This document shows, piece after piece, positions 56,420 through 64,000 of a DNA stretch of 64,000 nucleotides. The number at the start of each line of letters is the position of its first letter. The first letter of the stretch is position 1. Origin of the DNA: Acidobacteriota bacterium (GTDB lineage Bacteria > Acidobacteriota > UBA6911 > RPQK01 > JAJDTT01); the NCBI GenBank assembly GCA_965209055.1, contig OZ242374.1, forward strand, positions 4,032,001 through 4,096,000, written 5' to 3'. Below the pieces are notes generated by a model. The model did no database searches. It worked only from the letters and a program-made list of their open reading frames with translations, and was not told the DNA's origin. The position numbers were made by a program, and so were the translations under genes.

Positions 56420-56634
56420 CTGTTCAATATTGTTCCCGACGAGAACACAGTTGGACAGTCGCGGAGTGGGCGACTCGGAGATTCCGCTGGCAACTGGATT
56501 ATCGACTCGCCGGGCATCTTCGTATTCTCGCGCCGGTCGGCCCCGTTCGGCTTCAACGGTGAATTTCTCTACGCTCGCTACAGTTTTCGGCGGTAACTAA
56601 TCGTACGTGTGCACGTGGAATGGAGTTGAAGCAA

Positions 56635-57465
56635 ATGAAGAAGAAAATCACCTCTCTCGCTATCCTGGTGTTCGGATTTCAGGGAATGGCGGCGGCACAG
56701 GATTCCATCTATTCGGCGGGCGGCGACGTCGCCATGGTCAGCAAGTACCTGTGGCGCGGGCAACGGTTGACCAACGACTGGAGTATGCAACCGGCGTTCA
56801 CACTGGGAATCGGCGGATTCTCCGCCAATATCTGGGGAACCATGGATCTGACCGCCGTGAACCCGGGTGATGCGTTGCCGATCCAGCCGGGTGATGGATT
56901 GAAGGGAAAATTTTCCGAGGTCGATTACACCTTTTCCTACGATCATTCCGTGGAAGGCGCCACCATCAGCGTCGGTACGATCTTATATACGTTTCCCGAG
57001 CGCTCGGCTTCACTGGCGTCGACGACCGAGATCTACGGGGGAGTGACCTTGGACAATGCGCCGCTGGCCCCTTCGTTCACCCTTTACGTCGACGTGGATG
57101 AGACGAGCAACGGCGGCAGTACCGGTCTGTATTTTCAGATGGCTGCCGGACACAGTTTTCCCCTCAATCACGACGTCTTCTCCAGCTTCGATCTGTCGGC
57201 GACGTTGGCGATGGTGAACACCGGATTCACCGACTTCTACTACGGCGTGAGTTCCGGTGGTCTTCATGACGCCAGTCTCACGGCGACCCTTCCCATCACC
57301 ATCAACGACAACTGGTCCGCGGGTTTCTTCGTCACCTACAGCGGCCTCATCGGTCAGGAGATTCGCGACAGCCAGTTTCAGGATCCTCGGGAGGTGCCCA
57401 AGGCGACCGGCGCCGACCTGGCGGACACGCTCTGGGGCGGGTTTACGCTGAGCGTGGCGTTCTAG
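56635..57465 (+). CDS. putative outer-membrane beta-barrel (TorF/TIGR02001-like)
   Basis: signal peptide, SKYLWRG, QP, EVDYT, Y.FP, TTEIY, terminal Phe. Confidence 0.75.
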   Translation: MKKKITSLAILVFGFQGMAAAQDSIYSAGGDVAMVSKYLWRGQRLTNDWSMQPAFTLGIGGFSANIWGTMDLTAVNPGDALPIQPGDGLKGKFSEVDYTFSYDHSVEGATISVGTILYTFPERSASLASTTEIYGGVTLDNAPLAPSFTLYVDVDETSNGGSTGLYFQMAAGHSFPLNHDVFSSFDLSATLAMVNTGFTDFYYGVSSGGLHDASLTATLPITINDNWSAGFFVTYSGLIGQEIRDSQFQDPREVPKATGADLADTLWGGFTLSVAF

Positions 57466-57569
57466 CCACTCCGCATCGTAGCGAACTTCCGTGCGGTTTT
57501 CGGGGGCGGTCCAGTTCCTGCTTGGGGGTCCGGTCTTCCTTCAGGCGCCTGTCGACTCCGTCCCCGCCG

Positions 57570-58403
57570 TCAAAGCTCCAGCTTGCCGTCGAAGACCATG
57601 TCCTTGAGCTTGAACTTCTTGGACACCTTGCGGCCCACGAGCCGGGTGACGAACTCGATGTTCTTTTCCTTCAAGGTGATAGGATTCGACGTGGGGCGCG
57701 GAAAGACGAAGATCAATTCGAAGCCGGACTGCCCGGTTCGTGCATTCAGAAGGTGAACCTGGTCCTTTTGCATCTGGACGGCCTCGAGTGCAATCGGCTC
57801 GCGGCCCTTGATCTTGAGGAAAGATTCGGACCTGAGCCTTTCTACGACGGCCTGTCGCCGGTCGGCCGGAATCCGGGTCATGCGGGCCGGCAGTCCTGAA
57901 ACGCCGATGATGATGTAGTTCACTTCCGGTGCCAGGAGCTCGGCCAGTTCGGCTGTCGACTCCGCCTGTTCGCCGAACCGGGCCCGCGCGAAAGCCTGCT
58001 TGATGGGCAGGGCGCTGTACCAGCGCAGCGTCAAATTCATGGCGGGGGGAAAGCCCCTGCCCATGCCGCGGCCGCCGAACCCTCTGCCACCGCCACGACC
58101 GCCACCGACCCCGCCGCCGCCACCGACTCCCCCGCCGCCGCCGAGACCGCCACCGGACCCGAAACCCCGGCCCGACCGGTTGGGTCCGTCGCGGCGGCCC
58201 GTTCTCATGGTGGTTCCCCTGACGCCCCGCGTCCGCTGCAAGCTGATGGTCATCTCCTTCGCCCAGGGAGACTTGTTGAGCATCCGCATCACTTCCTTCT
58301 CGGACCAATCGGAGTACGCGGATTCCTTCCAGAATTTTCGGGGCCAGACCGGGGCGGTGGTCAGCAACAGGATGCAGGAAACAAGCAGGATCGATTTCCT
58401 CAT
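57570..58403 (-). CDS. exported hypothetical protein with Gly/Arg-rich insert
   Basis: signal peptide; WSEKEV..ML.KSPWAK, RWYSALPIKQA, FKLKDM.F.GKLEL. Confidence 0.75.
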   Translation of the reverse strand: MRKSILLVSCILLLTTAPVWPRKFWKESAYSDWSEKEVMRMLNKSPWAKEMTISLQRTRGVRGTTMRTGRRDGPNRSGRGFGSGGGLGGGGGVGGGGGVGGGRGGGRGFGGRGMGRGFPPAMNLTLRWYSALPIKQAFARARFGEQAESTAELAELLAPEVNYIIIGVSGLPARMTRIPADRRQAVVERLRSESFLKIKGREPIALEAVQMQKDQVHLLNARTGQSGFELIFVFPRPTSNPITLKEKNIEFVTRLVGRKVSKKFKLKDMVFDGKLEL

Positions 58404-58438
58404 GAGTGAACCTCGATGATCAACGGACGGCCACGAAT

Positions 58439-60532
58439 TCAGACCCCATCGGGGACGATCTGGAAGTCCTCAGCCAGACGATGGCCCTGAGATTCGGCGA
58501 AGCGCACCTCCACCACGATCCGGTACTTGCCATGACCGAGCTGTTGCAGCGGAAGCCGTGCATTGACGCTGGCGGCACTCTCAAATCCCCCGGGAAGGGC
58601 CTTCCATGCTCCTTCGTATATGTTCGTTCCTCCGGCGTTCAGAATCAAGATCCTGTATTCCCCGCCACGGTCTCCGGCGGTCTCCACCTGACCGTGCACG
58701 TAGAGGGTCTCGTGCCGGTGGAAGCGGGACCCGACCCGGGGAATCAGAACACGGGCTCCGATTTCCAGGGGATTGGCGATCTCGGCCACCTGCTTGCCCG
58801 TCTTGATCCGGTAGCGGGACTGAGTCGTCGATTCCTCCAGCTTTCCGGCCAACACCAGGGAACTGGACCGGACCTCGCGGTGGGACGGAAGGTCCAACCG
58901 GTGGTCCATCTGGGACAACAGCCCGGACCGGTTGTCCCGAAGCAGCACCCGGAGCACGTACTGGCCGGGTCCCAGGACCAGAAGGTTCTGGTAAACGAAG
59001 CGAGTATCCTTCTCTCCCTCGTTGCGGCGCCGGATTTCCACCCGGTCCCGGAGTCCGGCCCGCGCCACGCCCTTCAGGTCGCGCGCCAAGATGATCACTT
59101 CCAGGTTGAGCCGTCCGGATTCCGCGAAGGAGGGGAACTCGGTGCGATCGAACGCCGCCAGGACGGGAACCCGGAACCCTCCCTCGAAGCCGGGGAAGTA
59201 TTCCGCCGAGATCTCCACGGGAAATTCAACCTTGGGTTCCCCCTCCAGGACGGTCTGGAGCAGCTTGAATTCCCTTTCGGGATTGCTCAAGGCGGCGTAA
59301 GGCTTATCCGCATAATAACCCTGCCGGTAGGCCAGGCGGAGCCCGGGACGGCTGACGGTGACCTGGACTTTGCGGAACCGGCCGTCGCGGGGCGGGGCCG
59401 GAGCGTAGTACCCCAGAAGGTAGTAGTGGCTCGAATCCTCCTGGGCCTTGCGGAAGATCTTCCCCAGGTCGTTGTCGTCCAGGAGCACCGCACCGCCGGT
59501 ATCGGCGGCCAGGGTGATCAGCCCCTCGCGCGACTGGCTGAGCCGGACCAGTTGATTGAGGTCCGCCCGGCCCGTGAAGATGCCCTGTCCGCCTCCCGAA
59601 CGCTGCGCTCCGCCCCCGGGGGAGAGGGCCACCAACCCCCGGGCGTCGACGGCGTAGATGCTGATATTGGCCCGATTGCAGAGATCCGCGGTCCAACGGA
59701 GCTGGTCGTCGTTCTCGATTCCGCGGCTGGTGAGTCCGGCAGAGAAATAGACCAGGGCCTTCCTTCCGGGAACGTCCCGGAAGGCGTCGGCGATGGCCTG
59801 GATGGCGCTGAGCTGATGGTTGCTCTCGAACAGGGCGAACTCGGTCTCGTCGGCCAGAAACTCCCCGTCGGCGGCCGCGTCGGAATCATCATCCGGCAAC
59901 GACACGTCGCTTTCCCGATCCCGTTGGGACAGGCCTCCCAGGACCCGGGACAATTCTCCGGGGTCGGAGGTGAAATCCACGAGAAGCTCGAGTCCCTGGT
60001 CGTAGGCCAGGACGGCGACAGCGTCTTGCGGCGTCAATTGCCGGTCCAGGAACCGGAGAGCCGACTCGCGCATCATTCGCGAGTCCTGGATGTTGGCGTT
60101 GGAGAAGTTGAAGAGGACGATCAGGTAACGCTTCTCGGGCGTGGCCGGATAGTCCTCGCCGGGTCCGGTGGGAGAGGTCGCGGGCGCGGTCTCGGATTCG
60201 GCCCGGGCGAAGGCGGCGCGCTCGCTGGTGAGCGGCAGGAAAACCTCCTGAAAGTACCCGATCTTCTGGGAGACTCCCTCCTCGATCAGGGTGAAGTCCT
60301 CCGCCTTCAGGCCCCGGACGGGGCGCCCGTCCGAATCCCTGACCTGGACGTCCACCAGGATCAGATTTGTCCTCACCCGGAAGCGGATGGGGGAGTCCTG
60401 GCTCCACAGGACGTTCCAGGCGAGAAGACAGGCGATGGCGGAAGCGACCAACCGAGCCGGGCGCCGGGCGCCGGACGCGGAACGGTTCGGACATCGCCTG
60501 GTACGAGTTACGGCAGTTCGCTTCATTCGCAC
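58439..60532 (-). CDS. VWA domain protein (acidobacterial VWFA type)
   Basis: FRVRTNLILVDVQVRD..GRPVRGL..EDF, DFTSD, GRKALVYFSAG, IYAVDARGL, LAADTGG, YYLLGY. Confidence 0.88.
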   Translation of the reverse strand: MRMKRTAVTRTRRCPNRSASGARRPARLVASAIACLLAWNVLWSQDSPIRFRVRTNLILVDVQVRDSDGRPVRGLKAEDFTLIEEGVSQKIGYFQEVFLPLTSERAAFARAESETAPATSPTGPGEDYPATPEKRYLIVLFNFSNANIQDSRMMRESALRFLDRQLTPQDAVAVLAYDQGLELLVDFTSDPGELSRVLGGLSQRDRESDVSLPDDDSDAAADGEFLADETEFALFESNHQLSAIQAIADAFRDVPGRKALVYFSAGLTSRGIENDDQLRWTADLCNRANISIYAVDARGLVALSPGGGAQRSGGGQGIFTGRADLNQLVRLSQSREGLITLAADTGGAVLLDDNDLGKIFRKAQEDSSHYYLLGYYAPAPPRDGRFRKVQVTVSRPGLRLAYRQGYYADKPYAALSNPEREFKLLQTVLEGEPKVEFPVEISAEYFPGFEGGFRVPVLAAFDRTEFPSFAESGRLNLEVIILARDLKGVARAGLRDRVEIRRRNEGEKDTRFVYQNLLVLGPGQYVLRVLLRDNRSGLLSQMDHRLDLPSHREVRSSSLVLAGKLEESTTQSRYRIKTGKQVAEIANPLEIGARVLIPRVGSRFHRHETLYVHGQVETAGDRGGEYRILILNAGGTNIYEGAWKALPGGFESAASVNARLPLQQLGHGKYRIVVEVRFAESQGHRLAEDFQIVPDGV

Positions 60533-60547
60533 TCGGAAACCATGGCG

Positions 60548-63500
60548 TCAGAACATGAATCTCAGCCGCAACTGGATCCGCCGCATCTGTGAGACCGACG
60601 TGATCTGCCCGAACCCGCGGGAGTTCACGATGGTGTTCAACCCCGTGTAGTTGACATGATTCAGCAGGTTGGTGGCATCGGCCTGCAGGATCAGCCGCAT
60701 CCCTTCGCCTCCCACCGGGATGGACCTGGCCAGGCTCAGGTCGATGGTCCAGGATCCGGGGCCCTGGATGGTGTTGCGTCCGGCGTCCCCGAAGCTCCCC
60801 GGGTCGGGAAGACGGAATGCCGCGGTGTTGAACCAGGCTCCGGTGGAGCGTTGGGAAGCGTCCAGCATGACGGGAAGCCCCGTCACGCTGGCCCGCTCGC
60901 TGGCCTGGGAGGCGCTGCCGCTGTTGTTGATCTGGTTGCCCAGGACGCGAGCCGTCAGGAAACGGCCGCTGTTGACCGTGAGGCTCGTGTTGACAAACCA
61001 GTTGCTGAAGATGGAACTGAGGATTCCCCGGTCGCGGAGCCAACGGTGGCGGTCTCCGAAGGGGAGTTCATAGAAACCGCCCAAGCGCAAGCTGTGGCGC
61101 CGGTCCAAGTTGGAGGGTCCCCACTCCGAGTTCAGGTCGTCGTCGTTTTGGGCCACCACGCGGCCGCCTCCCGAAAGCGTGGCCGCGTTGTCCAGCGACT
61201 TGCCGTACTCGTAGCGGAGGTTCAGCGTGAAGCCGGACCGCACCCGGCGCACCGCCAGCACCTGGAGCCCGTGGAAAGAGGAAGAGGCCCCCGGAGTCAG
61301 AAACAGGAACTGGGCCGTGTCGTGGATCCGTTGAACCCCGTCCAGGAGCCTGTTAGGGGCTCGGAGCAGTTCCAGGCCCGTCCCCCGCGAGCCGGCGTAC
61401 CCCAGGCTGAGGAAGAAGTTGCGGGGGAGCGACTGTTGCAGGCTCAGGTTCCAGGTCTGCACCGTGGGCAGGCGGAAGTGGGGGTCCACCGCGTAGGTAT
61501 TGGGGACGTCCTCCTCAAGATCGCTGGAGAATGCCGATTCGATGGCAAGAAAGTCTTGTCCGGCCACCGTTTCCTGGATCGCGAATCCGAAGGGAGGCTG
61601 CGAGATCAGCTCTCCGGTCAGGGCGGCGTAGGATTCGTGGGGATGGAAGATCCCGTAGTTGGCCCGGAGGACGGACGCCCATTGGCCGGATCTGAGCCGG
61701 AGGGCCAGCGCGACGCGCGGGGCCAGGTTGTTGCGGTCATCCCGGATCAGCGCTCGCGGAACGATTCCCGAATAGGGTCCCCGGCTTCCTGGAAATACGG
61801 TCGCCGCCGCCTGGAACCCGGGCGCCACGTCCAGGTTGGCCATGCGGTCGTACAACTCCACCCAGGGCGCCACGTATTCGTAGCGGAGGCCCCACTGGAG
61901 GGTGAGCCTGGAGTGGATTCTCCAGTTGTCGTTGATGAAGAGGGAGTACTCCGGGGCCCTCAGGTAATGGTCGCTGTTGCCGTACTGAATCCGGCTGCTC
62001 TGGGCCAGGCCGAGCAGGAAGTCGGCGAAGTCGTAACCGGTCCCCGATACGGGGCGGCCCGAACCGTAGGCGCTGGTGGCCACCCCGGCGAAGACCTGGA
62101 CCCCCGCGCCTTCCGGATTGCCCAACTGATTCCGCCGGTTCCAGGCCACCTCCCCGCCGATCCGGAAATGGTGCCCCGCGAAGGTCAACTGAATGGAGTC
62201 GCTCACCGAATGCGTCTCCCGGATGTTCAAGGAGGAGCTTCCATCGGAGAGCGAGGTGTAGTTGGTGAACTGAATCTGGGGGAGCCCGAAATCGACGGGG
62301 GCCATCGACGTGTTCCGGATGCCCAGATCGGAGCTCACGTTGGATTGAAAGGCGAACGGGTTGAGCCGGCGGTTCCGGTTCCGGTTCCAACGAACCCGCA
62401 CGTTGTGCAGCAGGCCGCCCGCCGTGGTTTGGATCAGATTCAGCGAAAGGTTCTGTCCGCGTTCGCTGCCCCGTCCGTAAAGGGCCGGAAAAGCGTTGAA
62501 TTCATCCCGGTCGCTGCGGTTGAAGTTGTAGCCTCCCGTCAGGCGCAGCGAGTCGGAAAGGGAGTGGAAGATCCGGGAATTCAATCGGTTTCCGGCAATG
62601 CCCAAGGGTTCCGTGTTCAAGTAGTTGAGATAGGGATCGCCGCGGTTGGGGAGGGGAAAGAAGGCAAGCAGCGATTGGGATACGGGATTGAGCCGGTCAC
62701 CCGGCAGCGATGCCCCGGCGTAGGCTTGCCCGCTGGAGGGATCGAATATTCGGACCGGTTCGCCCGCCAGTGGACCGGATCGATAAGTGGTTTGGGAGAA
62801 GTCCCCTTGCCGTTCCGCGGCTGTGGGAACCGATGCGTACCGGGTTCTCAGTTCGTCTCCCCAGTTGGCGTTGAAGTCGACGAAGAAAAACGAACGGCGG
62901 CGGCCGAAAAAGGATCTCCTCGACGAATCGTCCTGACCGGAAAGGGGGCCGCCTGCGGACACGCCCGCGTTCCACGAAACGTAGTCCGGGTCCGGCGTTT
63001 CTCCACCGTCCAGGGAATAGGGTTTCGCGTCGAGCGCCGATCCGGAGAAACCCATGGAAACGGAGCCCTGAACCCGGTTGACGCGGCCGCCGGCGATGCG
63101 GGCACCGCGGAATCCGCCCCGGCCGCCGCGCCCCCCGCGGCCCATGACGGCGCCCATGATCTGACTCTCGCTGGCGCCGAAGCCGCCTCCCTGGCGGAGC
63201 GAAGCTCCTTGGATCAACACTTCCTCGGTGGTTTCCTGCAGACTCCGGTCCTGGCCGCCGAAGCTCTGCTGATCCCCGATGCGGATCTCTTCGAAGGGAT
63301 CCTCTTCGAGAGCATTCCGGCGTCCCGGCCGGCGCTGCCTGGAAAGCGCGGGACCGGCCTCCGCCTTGAAGAAGTCCTTCTCGAACTCCAGGCTCCACTG
63401 ATATCCCTTCCAAGTCTGGGAGGTCTCGATCTCGATTCCTCCGCCGAAGCCCATCCTGCCGCCGCCTCCTCCTCCACGGCCCGGGCGGTCTCCTCTTCCA

Positions 63501-64000
63501 AACCCACCCCGCCGGCCGAAGCCGCCCATGGTGACTGTGGCCGTCTGGAACCGCGGCACGGTGATTCCCTGGTTGGAGTCGAGAGCCAGATTCAGGGTGA
63601 GGCGGGCGTCGCTGATGAACACGCCGGCCGAGAAACGCATCCGGACCCGGAGCGGCATGGCGGTCTCAGGGTCGATCCAGATGCGGGCCTCCCGAACCTT
63701 CAGGCCACGGATCTTGGGCTCCGTCTTCACCTCGACGGCGGGCCGATCGTCCACCTGCCCGGGTCCTACGATCTCCGCCTTCCTGAGGAAATCCCGAGAG
63801 GTGAGGATGTCGAGGCCTTCCAGCGGACCGAGCGCATTCATGAAACGGCCGCCCCGGCGGCGGCGGGAGGTTGGGTCCATGGGCTGGCCGTTGCGCGTCA
63901 GGCTCAGGATCTCCTTCTTGAACTCTTCCGTGCTTCCCAGGTAGTGGCGTTCCCGGGAATCGAACCGTTGATTTCCGAAGGGGGTGTTGGCAACGGTCCG
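60548..64000 (-). CDS. Oar-like TonB-dependent receptor, 5' end beyond window
   Basis: VPTAAERQGDFS, FADFLLG, DNWRI..LTL..GLRYE, DRNNLAPR, FGDAGRN, N.LNHVN, RRIQL.LRF.F; frame is open from 63880 to 64000. Confidence 0.88.
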   Translation of the reverse strand, partial: RTVANTPFGNQRFDSRERHYLGSTEEFKKEILSLTRNGQPMDPTSRRRRGGRFMNALGPLEGLDILTSRDFLRKAEIVGPGQVDDRPAVEVKTEPKIRGLKVREARIWIDPETAMPLRVRMRFSAGVFISDARLTLNLALDSNQGITVPRFQTATVTMGGFGRRGGFGRGDRPGRGGGGGGRMGFGGGIEIETSQTWKGYQWSLEFEKDFFKAEAGPALSRQRRPGRRNALEEDPFEEIRIGDQQSFGGQDRSLQETTEEVLIQGASLRQGGGFGASESQIMGAVMGRGGRGGRGGFRGARIAGGRVNRVQGSVSMGFSGSALDAKPYSLDGGETPDPDYVSWNAGVSAGGPLSGQDDSSRRSFFGRRRSFFFVDFNANWGDELRTRYASVPTAAERQGDFSQTTYRSGPLAGEPVRIFDPSSGQAYAGASLPGDRLNPVSQSLLAFFPLPNRGDPYLNYLNTEPLGIAGNRLNSRIFHSLSDSLRLTGGYNFNRSDRDEFNAFPALYGRGSERGQNLSLNLIQTTAGGLLHNVRVRWNRNRNRRLNPFAFQSNVSSDLGIRNTSMAPVDFGLPQIQFTNYTSLSDGSSSLNIRETHSVSDSIQLTFAGHHFRIGGEVAWNRRNQLGNPEGAGVQVFAGVATSAYGSGRPVSGTGYDFADFLLGLAQSSRIQYGNSDHYLRAPEYSLFINDNWRIHSRLTLQWGLRYEYVAPWVELYDRMANLDVAPGFQAAATVFPGSRGPYSGIVPRALIRDDRNNLAPRVALALRLRSGQWASVLRANYGIFHPHESYAALTGELISQPPFGFAIQETVAGQDFLAIESAFSSDLEEDVPNTYAVDPHFRLPTVQTWNLSLQQSLPRNFFLSLGYAGSRGTGLELLRAPNRLLDGVQRIHDTAQFLFLTPGASSSFHGLQVLAVRRVRSGFTLNLRYEYGKSLDNAATLSGGGRVVAQNDDDLNSEWGPSNLDRRHSLRLGGFYELPFGDRHRWLRDRGILSSIFSNWFVNTSLTVNSGRFLTARVLGNQINNSGSASQASERASVTGLPVMLDASQRSTGAWFNTAAFRLPDPGSFGDAGRNTIQGPGSWTIDLSLARSIPVGGEGMRLILQADATNLLNHVNYTGLNTIVNSRGFGQITSVSQMRRIQLRLRFMF

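Noticed and set aside
58070-58185. GCC/ACC-rich short repeats
   Set aside because: Simply encode the poly-Gly linker of the 57570-58403 protein

Overview
High-GC bacterial chromosomal region, most likely Acidobacteriota. This is inferred from an acidobacterial-type VWA protein, an Oar-like TonB-dependent receptor, two DUF1549/DUF1553-DUF1501 cytochrome operons, PQQ-like beta-propellers and an ECF sigma-Ser/Thr kinase pair. About 50 CDS; no rRNA, tRNA or CRISPR array seen. The accessory content is a solo tnpB with intact catalytic motifs and a candidate omegaRNA stem, about seven toxin-antitoxin modules or remnants, a tandem pair of reader-HNH endonucleases and REP-like palindromes. Two observations stand out. 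(1) An animal-type alkyl-DHAP synthase (AGPS) sits next to a DHRS7B/PexRAP-like reductase, a candidate ether-lipid module; on the same strand lies an ECF/kinase operon with a CDP-alcohol phosphatidyltransferase, GtrA and two paralogous exported proteins of unknown function. (2) A 29/30-bp copy of the interior of the DUF1501 gene lies at the junction between a broken RES toxin and the HNH pair. Family calls come from motif recognition only; no searches were run.
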